DNA of 64,000 nucleotides from Chrysomallon squamiferum (GCA_012295275.1 CM022674.1:7440001-7504000), one strand, 5' to 3'; shown: positions 35,311 through 50,564, counted from the first letter of the stretch. A program made the numbers and translations. Notes: a model not told the origin generated them from the sequence alone.

Positions 35311-35697
35311 GATTGGTCAGTTGAGGCAGATTATTAATCACTCAAGAAATGAAAGAACATTCTTGATTGGTGAAACAAATTAATCAGTGGATGAAACAGG
35401 TTTGGTGATTGGTTAGTTTTTAACAGGTTAGAAATACCAGAGGGAAATGAAAGTGTATTCTTCATTGAATGTTCTGCAAGTTGAAAATTAATTTATATTT
35501 AAAGTTTACAGGTTCAAGAAATAATAATAATAATAATGATAATAATAATAATAATAATTATAATTATTATAACAATACATGATAATATTAAATTAAGACA
35601 TAATGATAACACATAAAATAATAAAAATAATAAAACAATAAAATAAAAAAAAAAAAATAAATTAAAATAAATTAAAATAAAAAATAAATTAAATTAA

Positions 35698-35729
<32 letters not shown>

Positions 35730-36510
35730 TAATAATAGCAAATTTTATTTACTAAAAGAAAAAACAATTTTGGATTGGTGAAAAAAAAAAGAGTTCATTC
35801 TGTGTGTGATTAGATTCTGAGGTATAAAACAGTTCCTGTGATTGTTGTTTGAGTTTTTTTTTTTTCTGTTCCAACCATTGCTCTTGTTTACAGCTAAGCT
35901 GAATTTACAACTAATTTATTAATGAAGAAATAAACCAACAGTTTCAATTAGTTATTTAACTTTTAAAAGAACTTATCTGAAATACATCAGTTGCAATAAA
36001 AAAAACACACAAAAACCCATCATCACCATAATGAATGTAACAACATCTGTGATTGGTCAGTTTACTGTCAGAAATCTCATCACTAAACAAATCAACACTC
36101 CTGATTGGTTAATCACTTTCACCCTGGCCCAGTAACTGCAGCCGTTGCAAAGAATGTTGACGAAATGAACCAGTGATTCTGATTGGACAGATGTTTTGCT
36201 TGTAAATCATTTATCTTTGCATCTGCCTCTGAGATCTTTTTTTTTTTTTTTTTTTGTCTTCTCCCCTCTCGTTTGAACTGAGACAGTAGAAGGGGAGATA
36301 TAATAGCTATTCTTTCAGTAATGTTTCTCTCGCTGTCGCTTGCTGACAAACTCCATTAACCGCGCAGCGCCATCTACCGAAACAGGAAACCAGACAGACG
36401 CGATTTTCACTTTGGTCTCGGGGCGTGTAATTACTGGGATGATGACTGCTAATGATGGATGATCATTCGGTGTAACATTGCCTGCCTCGCATACCTTTAT
36501 CACGAAGATG
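35311..36510. promoter_or_regulatory. Co-oriented CCAAT (NF-Y type) box clusters followed by a CpG-rich segment
   Basis: GATTGG at ~35311, 35365, 35407, 35773, 36051, 36103 and 36181, all on the same strand; CpG-rich 36330-36510. Confidence 0.5.
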
Positions 36511-36512
36511 AG

Positions 36513-36608
36513 AGGGATTCTGACAGGCTGATTCAGGGATTGTGACAGGCTGATTCAGGGATTGTGACAGGCTGATTCAGGGATTGTGACAGGCAATTCA
36601 GGGATTCT
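36513..36608. repeat. 22-bp tandem repeat, ~4 copies (AGGGATTGTGACAGGCTGATTC)
   Basis: Direct reading, period 22. Confidence 0.9.
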
Positions 36609-37741
36609 AATCACACTCAGTTGTAGTATTTTATTTCAAGGTGTGTTTTTAAAACTTCATGTTACTTGTACACACACCCAGACAGACAACTGACCTGATC
36701 TCAGTTCAGCTTGATTTGTAACCTTCACAAAACTTTCCTTTATAAAGTAGTTTATCTTCAAGTTTAAGACAAGATGGCTGTTTGACTTGTATTGTTCCTT
36801 TTTTCCTGATCCAAACATGGCTCATGTTTGTAAGTAAGCTAAATTCATCACACTGAATATTTAATCTTATGAAACTGCATACAGTTATATATAAATACAT
36901 AATTTGAAATCTTAGGTAAAATTGGTGTTTGAGTTATATATTGTTTTTTCCTGTTCCAATCAGTACACATTTATAGTAAGCCAAATTTATTTTACCTAAG
37001 CTTGTAATTATAAACTGAAAGAACCGTCCTCTGTCTGATTGTGCACACTCGTTACTAAATGGAAATAATTCAGGAGCAGAGACATGATTTTTTTCCCATT
37101 CTAACTAGATCTTGGTTAATGTCTTACAGAGTTGAAGACATAATTTATTATTTATAAATTATATTAGTTTAATGTGCTGGTATGTGCTGTTGTGTTGATG
37201 CATTATTGTATCACTGTGTTTTTATAGCAACTCTTTGTTATGTACAGTGTTACATCCTCTGTCAGTGTATGTAAGTCTGTCTGTCTGTCCATCCATTGTT
37301 TAACAGTTGATCTGTCTCAGCTGATTGATTGATTGATTGATTGATTATTTCATTGAACTGACAGTCCATTGGATCCTTATAAGAGTTGAAATCAACACTG
37401 GCCTTTCTATTTTTTTTCTTTTTTAATACAGCCATACATACTGCAGGTTATAAAGTATATTTGTTTATTTGTGTGTGTGAAATATTTAACATGTAGTTAT
37501 TAAACTCAGTATATTGTTACTTGTTAAAGAATTGTTGTTTGAACAGTAAAATGTGTGAAGTTCTGTTTGAACTTATTTCTGTTCAGTTCTTGCTTTGGGT
37601 CTCCCTGACTCTCTGTATGATTCTCTCTCTCTCTCTCTGTATGATTAACTCTCTCTCTGTCTCTCACTGTCTCTCTCTCTTTCTCTCTATCTCTCTTTCT
37701 TTCTTTCTATCTCCATTTCTTTCTGTCTCCCTGACTGTATG

Positions 37742-37812
<71 letters not shown>

Positions 37813-37962
37813 GTTTTTATCTCTTTTTCTTTTTCTGTCTGTCTCTCTCTGATTCTGTCTCTGTCTCTCACTGTCTCTCTGTCTCTGTATGATTCACTCT
37901 CTCTGTCTCACACTGTCTCTCATTCTCTTTTTTATCTCTTTCTCTTTCTCTCTCTCTCTCTG

Positions 37963-38060
<98 letters not shown>

Positions 38061-38467
38061 AATTGAATTCATTTCCTATTTAAATTCCTCCACACTCGGA
38101 TCTCACCCATAAATCTACAGGTAACAACAGCAGGTGTAAAACTGACTTCACTGTGATTGTTCTCACCTGTATTACCTGTTTATTGCTCACCACCTTTTTC
38201 CGGTCTTGTTAATAAATCGAAGTAAATGACGAAAACGCAATCCTTCCCGTCTTTCCAAATTAACTCTGTGAATTTACAACATTAAAACTTTCATACCTTC
38301 AGTGTTTACCGACACTGCCAGCCAGGTTTCATTACCTGCGATTGTCAGGTGTTGTTGTAGAGGGGAGGGCCTGAGGAGTGATTAACTGCCAGATCAATTC
38401 ATGCCAAAGGACAGTAAATTATTGTTTTTTGTGTTTTTGTAATGGAGTAAGGTGTAATGTTTTCTGT

Positions 38468-38535
38468 GGGTCATTAGCACAGTGTGTAGAAACACTGAGT
38501 TCTTGTGGTAAAGACTTGAGTTCAAATCCTCATAA
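38468..38535 (+). mobile_element. Degenerate tRNA-derived SINE head or tRNA pseudogene
   Basis: A-box-like TAGCACAGTGTGTAGA and B-box-like GAGTTCAAATCC at tRNA-like spacing; no intact cloverleaf. Confidence 0.45.
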
Positions 38536-38643
38536 CAGACAGATATTAAGTAAATTTCAATTTTAAAATGGGGTAGTTATTTATATATATGTGTGTTTAT
38601 ATACATACATACATAGATACATACTTACACACACACACATATA

Positions 38644-38698
<55 letters not shown>

Positions 38699-39859
38699 AT
38701 ATATGTATATATGTGTGTATATATATATATATATATGTGTGTGCTTGTGTGTGTGTATGTATGTATGTATGTATGTATGTATACAACACATATATATAAA
38801 TAACTACACAAAATTCATTTTAAATACATATATGGATATATATGTATATTAATTTAATTATTTACCCAGTTATTCTTAATTAGTATTGAAAATGTGCTTT
38901 ATGCTGCTCTGCAATTATATTTTTAAATTTATAAAAATGTTTAAAATGCTTTTCCCTTGCATTTATTTGCATTAAAAAAGAGTTCTTATTAAGGCTGTCG
39001 ATATGTGGATGTTTTTGTACTTACATCATAAAAATAACTATTCCTATATTCAGCCTTATTTAAATTCTGCTCATTAATTTACTTACAAACATGCTGACCC
39101 TGAGTTTCGTCTTCCAGTGCTGTCACATTCCACAGAGGAAAAAAAATGGTAATAATATCACTTGGTGTTAATTGGATTTGATCCCAGAACCTTGAAGTGA
39201 ATAGTCACTTAATAGACGTCTGAGAATAATTAGATCTATGTATTGTTACAAACACGGGTTGTCTGACATCATTTTGTAACGTCTAATTACTGTGTATTGT
39301 GATATATATCAGTTATCACACACCAGGGGCGTATTACTAGCCCAGTCAATACAGCGATTATCACCTGCCATTCTACAGCAAGCTGGCTGGTCCTCCTGAG
39401 ACTAGGGTTGGAGTTAATACAGAATATTTGTCATGAAAGGATTCCACTTCTGACAGTATATTCCTCCTGTGATTAATGAGGCACCAATCAGAATGAGCTG
39501 TGGTAAACTGAGTGAGAGATGTTGTCTGTGTGACGTTGTTGTTGTTGTTGTTGATGAAGTGGAAATAAAAGAGTTGAGGTAAATAATTTCTCATTAGCTG
39601 AAGAATCTGTCTATCTGTCTGTCCATCTGATGTTTGTTATTGTCCTCAGTTTCAGAGTTTGTACGTTCACTTGAAACAGGTTTTTTTAACAATACAGGTG
39701 AGATTTTAATGTGTTCAGTTGTATTTTGTATTATTTGACAATCATTTTTACTGGTTACTGTCTTCAGTTTTATAAACCCAGATAATAAATAATATAATAT
39801 CTAGCTATCTATTGAGGTTTGATATCTGGCTATGACATTCTGATTGTTTCATTATCATG

Positions 39860-39955
<96 letters not shown>

Positions 39956-41126
39956 ATTTTTTTTATATATTTTTATGATCCCTATCTTCTGTTGTTGATT
40001 TTTACCTCTATTACTTTCTTTCAAAATATTTCCAAATTTGACCTGTAGAGGTCATCAGAGTTTGATGGATTTCCATGGTAACTGAATGTGACCAGGAACA
40101 AGGCTGTGAGTTCAGAGTTCTTTTCATGTTGAGTTTTGTGAGTAAATGAGTCGAACATTACTCAGACTTGTTTTGACATTTACTACATAAACTTTCTTGT
40201 TTTCATTACAACCATCCTTTTCAAACAGAAACACACAGAACAAATGCACCAAAGCATTAAAATAAACAAAATATTAAAATAATCATGTTGAAATACCAAA
40301 GTAAACACAATACAATGTTAAAATATCATAAAATTTTAAAATAAAATCATTAACAAATTTAACAAAATAAAAAAAATTAAATAACAAATTAAAAAATACA
40401 ACATTAAAATATAACCAAATTTAAAAAAAAAATTAATATCAAAATATACCAAAAAATAATTATAGTAACATTAAAATAAAATATATATATTAAAACATGC
40501 ACATTAAAATATTATAATATTACATTAATTACTAAAAGTTGAACATTACAAATAAAGATTAAAAAACTTAACATGCACACATTAAATTATGAAAATATTA
40601 AAGTGCGTTAGTATAAAAATTTAAATTAATAAAATCTACCAAATATACTTTTTGTCCTATATTATTATTTTCTTCAATTTAAGTTTACCTATGAAGATGT
40701 AAACAACATTAAAACATTTTGTTTACTTCAGTTTTCCTGCTGTATTTTGTGAAAGTTTACCTGTGTTTTGATATAAAAATGTATTTACTTATAAACATCT
40801 GTTTTATTTGTGTCTTACTAATATTTACATGTGTCTATGATAAATTATGTCAGTAAGCAGAATATATCTTCTATACTTCCCAATATTTATTTTTGCACAG
40901 CAATATTTACTAATAATAAAGTCTGATATATATATATCCTCTGTATATACATAAGACCTGTCAATAACAGTGTCAGACATATTTGCTTTACAGTTAGTAA
41001 CTAGTGTTTTAGTGTTTTAGATACAAAGTGTGTGGTATGTGCTATTCTGTAAGCAGAAGTAAAACTCTCATACTTTATTTATACAGCCTATTCAATTCTG
41101 ATAGTCACAGCTATAGAAATTTTAGT

Positions 41127-41161
<35 letters not shown>

Positions 41162-41360
41162 TTTTATTTATTTATTTATTTATTTTTTAGATCAGTTTTA
41201 TTCATTTGCTCATCATTCTTTCATACAATTCTTTTTCTTTAAATTATTTATTTTATTATTTATAATTTTTATAATTTATTTCTTCAGTTTATTCATAAAA
41301 CAGATTTGTAACTTCTGCTTTATCATTTTGGGGCCTTTTTTTTTTTTTTTAAAAACATTT

Positions 41361-41392
<32 letters not shown>

Positions 41393-44066
41393 CAGCATAT
41401 CTTTTCACTTTCCATTAATAATAATATGTGTTTTATTTAGAAACTTAATTTCGTCTTCATACATCCACTGTGTTCATGGCTTCGCAAGCAGGTTGCCAGC
41501 TAAAACTCTTTGTCCTCGGTAAACTCTCAATAGACTGGTTCTTTTCACTACAGTTTTTTTTAAAATGCACTGGTTTCCTGCTGTGTGTTAACCATGCCTG
41601 ACCACAGCAGCAGAGTGCTGAAAATTAGTTTTGCATTTTTGCTCGACCCCCCCACCTCTGCCCACCCCCCCGCCATTCCCCCAGAGCACACAATTATATG
41701 AAACTTGTGTGATATATTGCAGAACCTGGACATTTTTTTTTTGTGTGTGTGCTACTGTGCATGTGGGTTTTCACTGTTGTAGTATTTATATGTAAGTTTA
41801 TGTTAAAATATGTTATAGAGATAGATAAACGGATGATGTATGATTTTATGGTTTTTACTGCTGGGGTAGATACGATATATCACTTATGTACCAGTGTGTA
41901 ATACGTTAATATGTATTGTTTCATCCATCTATCTGTTTTATTATCTTAATATCTAAATTTTGTATGTTACTGAATGTCTGTATGTTTATGTATTTTTCTC
42001 TTTCTCTGTCTCTTTTTCTTTCTGTATATATATATATATACACAACACACACACACATACATACATACATACATATATGTATAGACACACACATATATAG
42101 ATATTTACATACATAATTTCATATATCTACATGTAAAGGTGAATAGAAATATATTTTGGCTGTCAAATAAGTTCACATGTGTGTATATATATAACAGTTT
42201 AACATTGATACATGCACATTCACACACACAGAATAAAAAAACTTGTAGTGGCAGCAGTTGCAATACTGTTAGAGTAGTAATAGTAGTTGGAACAGTAGTA
42301 GTTGTATTGGTTTTAATAGTTGTAGTTGTTGTTTGTTATAGTTGCAGTAGTAATTATAGCAGTAATTGTGACAGTAGTAGGAGATGAAGTAGTAGTAGCA
42401 GCAGCAGTAGTTGTAGTAGTAGTGATTTTGATCATATTAATAATACTGTCTCTGAGAAGGTGCGTGTAGTTGATGACTTTCTGCTGATTACTGACAGCAG
42501 TGTTTTCTCGTGATGTTTAGATATAAAAACCATTACTAAAACATTCCTTTATTCATTCACTCACTCTCTTCACTTATCTGTTCACTTTCTGTTGACTAGA
42601 AATAACAAGACTTTTTGTTTCATCTTGTTTTAAGTCTTCCTCGTTAACTTTTTCACCTGGCAGGATAGATCAGAGTTAACAGGTGAGGGTTTATCTGATG
42701 GAGGGGGGTAACTATTAAACATTAGTTTGATGGACACTAATGGCTAATTTAACCAACTGACCAGTGGCCAGTAAAAATCAAAATTCAGTGATTTTTACTT
42801 GGTTAACATAAGTGTAAAGTTTATATAATCATCTGTGTGGGTGTGTCTGTATGTATGTGTGTCTGTGTTCTATTTGTGTTTTGTGATTGAGTGTTTCTTT
42901 CTGTGTATGTTGTTTCTGTGTGTGTGTGTGTGTGTTTGTGTGTATGTGTGTTGTGTGTGTGTGTGTTGTGTGTGTGTGTTGTGTGTGTGTGTGTGTGTGT
43001 GTTGTGTGTGTGTGGGTGTCAGTGTTCGGAATGGGTAAAAAGGTACTTATCTTTAACAAGTCACAGCCTGACTTTGATCCTCTAATTAATTAGATGAATA
43101 TTATTGATCTTTTACCATCTCACCTGAAAGGTGAAATAACAATAACACAGACAGGTGTTTTGGGCACTCATCACACCTGTCAATATTAATTACAGATGTC
43201 ATTTTACTGATGGCTAACAAAACAAGTCTTTGTGATGTCTTTTTTCTTTTATTTTTAACAATCAGATTGTAGTAATTAATTGTTTCATTGTTCCTTTGTT
43301 TACAGTAGATTACCTGGTTTGTTTATGTTTTTTTTTTTTTTTTTTTTTTTTTGAGCACCTGATGATAAAACAGACAAGATGTAGTTTTCAGTTTGAGTGG
43401 TAAATTCATTACAGCACTTTTTTCTGTACTGAAATTCAGTTAAATGAAGAATTACTTCACCTGTTTTTGTTTCCCAGAAAACAGTAAATATCTATCCATA
43501 TATTCATCCATCTATCTATTCAATATAAAATCATCATGCTAAAGGTATTTTTAAAAAAAAGGATAATCATGGAGTAAACATAACCAGAGAAAATAATTTT
43601 GAATCCATTGATTCATCCATCCATCTCTCCATTCATCTGTCCATCCACCTAGCTTGATATCCACTAATCCAGAAATCCATTTATTAAACTGTGGTATATC
43701 AGAACACTTAGTGTTCCCGTGGAGATAATTAGATAAGAGTTGAGAACACAGAGCAGATCAAAGTACTAACAGCGTGCTCCAGACCTTGCAGTGTCAACTC
43801 CGTTTACATCAGTCCTCCAGTTCATGCTTGTTACTTGCAGGAATTTCTAGCAAACAACACAGTGGCTGCCACCCAGATGTAGTCCAACACAGGATTAACA
43901 CAGGATTGTTAATTTGTTGTGAGTCCATTGTGTGATTTCCCATTCCAAACCAGTGTTCCGTGACAGTTGTATGTCAAGCATTTTAGTCTTTTTATTTTTG
44001 ATTATGTAATAGATCTTTTTGAAACTAATTCTTGTGTGGGATATATAGACACGTAGATAGATCCTT

Positions 44067-44107
<41 letters not shown>

Positions 44108-45831
44108 TTTACACATACAAATACACATAAACACCCATAAATATATCTGCACAGAACATACATACATATATAAGTATATAAAAACCTTTACCCTTATCCA
44201 TGCCCATACATAGAGCACACTAACATACACACTAACATACACACAGAAACACACACAGAGAAACACATACACGCATGTAAACACACACTTGTATATACAC
44301 ATTTCTTGTTCTGTTTTTTACAAATGTAAATATATGGCTACCTCCGGGTTAAGATTTTTTTTTTGTTGAAATAACACGTTTTAAAAAAGATAAATTATTT
44401 ACATCACACACTTTATTTACTCTGAGAAATTACTATTTTCATCCTACCAAGTAATCTGCAAAGTTTGCTCAAAGGAAGAAAAAAAAAGAGGAAAAGGCTG
44501 AAAACAAAGAATTACTGTTATTTTTGTGAAAATTGATTTTTCTGTGCAAAACAATTGAAAAGTAAGAATTATTTTAATTATTTTTTTCTTCAGAAAATTG
44601 GTTTTGTTCCAGATAAGTAACTATATCCTCTATTTCTTTTTCTTCTGTCATCTGTTTTTCTTTTTCTTCCTATGTCTCTTCTTCTTCTTTCTTTCTATCC
44701 CTTTCACTTTCCTTCATGTCTTCCTTTTTCTTTACTTTTTCTCTCTTTCTATCCCTTTCATCTCACTTTCTTTCTTTCTTTCTTTCTCTTTAACTGTTGG
44801 TCTTCCTCTCCATCCAGTCATTTCTCTTTCTATTCTAATCTCTCTTTCTCTCTCTCCTTTTTTAATCTTTTTTTTTAATCTTTTCTTCTCTTTCTCTCCT
44901 CTTCTCTCGCTTCTATTGATTTCTCTGTGGAGAAAATTGATGAAAAGCAAAAATATCTCTGATTTCTTTGTAAAATAATTCCACTGCAGATAAGAACAGA
45001 AACTCTCCGAGCAAAAAAAAATTCATTGATTATTTAATAAACTTTGATAATAACAAAGTTAATTTTTAAATTTTTTGGTATAATTTTATTTGATGTAGAA
45101 AATCTTATTTCCTTGCTCATTTTCTTTTATTATTTATATTTTTCTTATTATTCTTATATTTGTCTTATTAATTTTATACTTTACTTATTATTATCCTATT
45201 TTCTTTATTATTATTATTTATTTTCTTGTTATTCTTATGTTTGTCTTATTAACTTTTTATTTTCCTTATTATTATTTTTATATTTACCTTCTTATCATTA
45301 CATTTTTCTTGTTATTCTTGCATTTTTCTTATTAATTTTATATTTATTTATTTATTTATTTATTATTATATTTTCCTTATTTTATATCTTCCTTTTTATT
45401 TTTATATTTTTCTTATTATATTTCACTTATTATCACATTATTTTTTTTTTTTTTTTTAATTCTTTGAAAATGAAGGTGACTGGGTGCTTTGCATCTCCAT
45501 CATGTTTGTGTGTATGTATGTGTGTCTGTCATGGTGACTTTGATTATGTTCATACAAGGTGTCTGTCAGTCAGTCTGTCATGCAACATATTTCACTGATT
45601 TATTATGTATTAGTTATTATTTATTCAAAATGTTGCATAAACCTGATTTGTCTTTGATCTCCTTAGATTTGATACAAAAAAATTTACATGTCATGAATAT
45701 TCAAAAGTTAATGAAAGGTCTCAGGTGTTTACAGGTAAAAATGTAGGTTACCTTTAATTAGTTTTCTTGTTTTACATCTGCATTCATCTGGATGACTTTA
45801 GAGTGAGTTATGATGTTGTATTTCATGTGTA

Positions 45832-45870
<39 letters not shown>

Positions 45871-47640
45871 TTGTTGTTATTATTTCTCACTTTTATAGAT
45901 TACCACTTTTTCTCATTTTGATACTTTCTCACTATCTCAATATTCTTACTTTTATTCTTTCTCATTTTTCTTGTTTTATTACTTTCTCACTTTTTTCTCT
46001 CCCCTTTTTTTCCATCCTATCTTTATTCTCTTTCTTTCTTTTCTCTCTCACTTTTACTATCTTACGCTTTCTGTCTATGTCTCTCTCTCTCTCTGTCTGT
46101 GATAGTTTACAGCACACATAAGGATATAAATTTAAGTGTATATTTAAATTTCCATTTAACGTAGCTGTTAATAAAACTATCTCGCTGTGACTTACCCCAT
46201 AAAAATAATTCTACTGCCAGAAATGCTGCTGACGTTCACGAAGCTGTCGTTTATTAATTTTACTCTAAATTTATCAGTTGTTGTATCACAGAGCTGTCTT
46301 CCTAGTGTGGCACATCTTGTAGATTTACACAGCTTGAAGGACCGATTACGTTTTTTTCCAGTTCTAACCAGTACTCTGTGGTAGGTGGTGATTTTTTTTG
46401 TTGTTGGGAGAAGTATTTATTGAAATTGTTGCTGTGGTTTTTTTTGTTGTAGATTCTGCATTTCAAATTGATTTAAATTTTAATTATTCTTTGACTTTTT
46501 CAACTGTGGTGTTTGTGTTAATCATTGTGATTAAGCTAAATTTTAAACCAAGACAAATAAGGCCTGTCACTGCTGTTATGTTTTGTATTTGTGTCTGCAT
46601 TTTTAAAAATTATTCTTTCACTTTCTTTCTCTTTCTTTTTCTCTCTCCCTATTCATTCTTTCTTTCCTTCTTCTTTCTGTCTTTATATTACTCTTATCTG
46701 CTCAGTTCTTTCAATCTTTTTTTCTTTTTATCTTTCACTCACTTTATCTCTCTATCTTATTCTTTCTCTCCGTCTTTCTTTTTTCTTTCTGTCTGCTGTC
46801 ATGCACACACATGTAACATGTGATGGATATTGTGACTTTCTGTATTTGATAACATGAACTTGAATCCTGAACTGACACAGTAAAAAAAAAAAAAAAAGAA
46901 GTTTACAAAGGTGTACATTAAATGATGATAATGGATGATAAAGATGATGTTAGTGGTTAGATGATTGATTGGTTGTTTATTAAAGTTGTGCAGTGCACCC
47001 ATCAACACTTGACAATGTTTAAAAAAAAGCTGTGAGAAATTCTAAAAGAAAGTTTTATTGTTCTGTTGAAAAGAAAACATGTTTTTCTCTGTGTGGTAAG
47101 TGAAATTGTATTTTGAGTTTTACTGGACTTTTTATTTATTATATTTTTAAACTATATGTATATTTGTGTGTGTTTTTATGTTTATATATATATATATGTG
47201 TATGTATGTATGTGTATATATATATATATGTATGTATGTATATATATATATTATGTATGTATATGTATATGTATATATGTATGTATATATATATATATGT
47301 ATGTATATATATATATATGTATGTATGTATATGTATGTGTATGTATATGTATATGCATATATGTATGTATGTATATGTATGTATGTATATGTGTATGTAT
47401 GTGTATATGTATATGTATATGTATGTATGTATATGTATGTATGTATATATGTATGTATGTATGTATGTGTGTATGTATGTATATGTATGTATGTATATGT
47501 ATGTGTGTATGTATGTATGTATGTATGTATGTATATATTTCATACGTCTGACACTGGGTAGCAATTTGTTTTTCATGCTAAGGTTTTAAACATTCATTTA
47601 TTCAAGTTTATATTCATTGTTAATGTGTGTGTATGTAAAT

Positions 47641-47818
47641 ATTTTTAAAAAAAATTCTCCATTTTTTGGTAAAAAAAAAATGATCTCAAATTTTGTTTCA
47701 CTAAAAAAAGAAGAAAAATGAAGTTTTTTTAACAAACCAGTATTTATCAGTGTTATAGTTTTCACATCCACAAAATCTCACATCTGTCCATACATCTGTA
47801 ACACTGTCCATCCTCCAA
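47641..47818. repeat. Dispersed duplication, copy 1 (copy 2 at 51741-51935)
   Basis: Shared AACAAACCAGTATTTATCAGTGTTATAGTTTTCACATCCACAAAATCTCACATCTGTCCAT...CATCCTCCAA; the 5' part is more diverged. Confidence 0.9.
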
Positions 47819-47852
47819 TATATACATACATACATACATACATACATACATT

Positions 47853-47910
<58 letters not shown>

Positions 47911-48779
47911 TTATCTGATTATTTGATCAAGAATCTGCAAAGTAGAAAAGTCTCACATAAATCTGGATTATTAGAAAAACTGTAAATCAAACAACAAAAG
48001 ATGTGATTTTTGTAACAAAACTTATCTTCTCAACCCTGTTCACTGCTAAATTGTTTTCTGGTGTCAAATAAAAATGGTTTATTAACACAAAGGTGTGTAA
48101 AAGTTAATATTAACTGCGTGTGACTTTTGTTAAATGCTGACACAAGACGCAGATAAAGGTTTAATACAAACCTGTATCACACCTGTGTTTCTATTGTTGT
48201 TGATTTTGGCTTACTAAAGGTGAAAAGAGACATAATTGAAAATGTCGTGGTGAATAAAATAGATTAATATTTCACTGACGAGTTTGTGTGCAGATAATAA
48301 AACTCTGCTTTATCCACAGGGTTTCAGATTGTTAACTTTTCATTTTTACATATTAGTAATGATAAATAATATGAGCTTGATATTAACATATAAATATTAA
48401 TTAATGATGAATAATGTTTGGAAGTACAGATAAAAGAGGATAAAAAAAATGGAGACTAACAGAGTGAATTAGAAACAGACAGAGTGGGTGATAGAGAGAC
48501 TGAGAGACAGAGAGAAAGATGGAATAGAGAGAGCGAAATGGAGAAAGAGAAAAAAAAGAAATGAACAAAAGAGTGAATTAACAGAAAAATATCTAGTATG
48601 CACTGCAACTGAAATGTGTGTGTATATGTGTGCATGTGCACATTTGTACGTGTTACTTTGTGTTTGTGAGGTTGTGTTTATTTGTGAAATTTGTATGTGA
48701 ATTTGTGTTTATATGTGTGTGTGTTGGTATGTGTTTGAGCGAGAAAAAAAATATAGTATCAATTTTCTATGTATAGTCA

Positions 48780-49085
48780 TTTCTGTTTATGTATGAGAGA
48801 AAAATTAGAATATGTGTATTTGTGTTTGTGTATTTATTTGAGAGAGAAAAATTAGTATTTTCTGTATAATACAGGTGTACATATGTGAGTGTATTTGTGT
48901 ATGTGTATTTGAGAGATAAAAGAAAGAAGGTATTTTCTATATAATACAGGTGTACGTATGTGTGTGTATTTGTGTTTGTGTATTTGAGAGAGAAAAATTA
49001 GTATTTTCTGTATAATACAGATAAAAAAATAGGTATTTTCTATATAATACAGGTGTACGTATGTGTGTGTATTTGTGTATGTGTG
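48780..49085. repeat. Degenerate ~70-bp tandem repeat (GAGAGAAAAATTAGTATTTTCTGTATAATACAGGTGTAC...)
   Basis: About 4 diverged copies. Confidence 0.75.
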
Positions 49086-49532
49086 TTGAACTGAGCTGTG
49101 TATAAAATCACACTCATATCACAACTGAAGCAGAAGAGAGTAAAGTGTTTAACAAACATGTCAATGCACAAACAGGTAATCATGTCTAAAGTCATACTCA
49201 TGAATTTCTTTATTTTCTCACCTTTCACAGGTAACAAGACAGATATATCAGCACTCGTATCTTTCTTACCTGTACAGGTATGTCAATAACACCAGCTGTC
49301 TTTACAAAAGTTTTTACCTGAGCACATTGATAGTGGCTGTGGTTAAAGTGTTAGTGTAATTTGTTACCTTGAAAAAAAAAGAGAAAGTTTTTAAAGTCAC
49401 TCAGGTGAAATCAGTAGATGATTTATTGTCAGGTGGGATGGACAGGTGTAACAGTTATTTCATAGATCATACGTCGTAATGATTTAATTTTCAGTGTTTA
49501 TTACTTTGAATTTATGTTGTGTTTATGTTTAT

Positions 49533-49595
<63 letters not shown>

Positions 49596-49933
49596 TCAGA
49601 GAAAGATGGAAGGATAGAGAGAAAAAAATAAAAATAGTGACTGTTTTGAGTAAAAGAAAAAAAAATGGAAATAAATATCTTAACCCAAGTAATTATTAAA
49701 ATAATAATAATTAATATATATATGTAAAACAACAGACATGGAAAAACAATGAAAATTATTGTCATTTTTAAAAATTTCTAACACTTTTTGCCATCTCTGT
49801 TTTTTCTGTCATTGTCTCACCTTTTTGTTTCTTTCTGTGGATCTCTCTCTATATAGCTCTCTGTCCCCTCCCTTCCCCTCTCTCTCTCCTCCTCTCTCCC
49901 TATTCTCTCTCTTTCTCTCTCTTACTCTCTCCC

Positions 49934-49974
<41 letters not shown>

Positions 49975-50003
49975 TCTCTCTCTCTCCCTATTCTCTCTCT
50001 CTA

Positions 50004-50051
<48 letters not shown>

Positions 50052-50518
50052 TCCCTCTTCTCTCTCCCTATCTCTCTATTCTCTCTCTATTTATACCTCT
50101 CTCTCTCTCTCTTACTCTCTATTACTATCGATCTCTCTCTGTTACTATCTCTCTATTACTACTCACTATTTATACCTCTCTCTCTCTCTCTCTGTAAAAT
50201 GGTGCAGCACAGAGGTCAGATAACGAGGCAGGTGTTAAGTTTTATAATCAGTATTAATCTCTACATCTCACTGTAACAACAATGGATGTGGAATGAGCAG
50301 GTATCAGTTTCAGGTGATAATATCGTTAATAATACCTGTACTTGTCTCAGGTGGGTTCTTACCTGCCCATCACACTTGTCACACCTGTTATTTGCTTTAG
50401 TATGATTAAAGACTAGTTTTGTGTGTGTGTGTTGTGTGTGTGTGTGTGTTATCAGTACCTTGTTTTATATAGCTTGGTCTGTTTAAGTGTTTATATAGTA
50501 GCTTGTTTTATATTGTTT

Positions 50519-50564
<46 letters not shown>

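Noticed and set aside
38468-38535. Functional tRNA gene
   Set aside because: A and B boxes are present, but acceptor and anticodon stems do not pair; kept only as a SINE-like remnant
42441-42462. TAATACTGTC matches the 5' end of miR-8/miR-200
   Set aside because: The match stops after 10 nt and there is no star arm
43764-43925. TACTAAC plus cttgcag acceptor and gtgagt donor suggesting a coding exon
   Set aside because: Two frames are closed and the open one resembles no known protein; it cannot be tied to either gene
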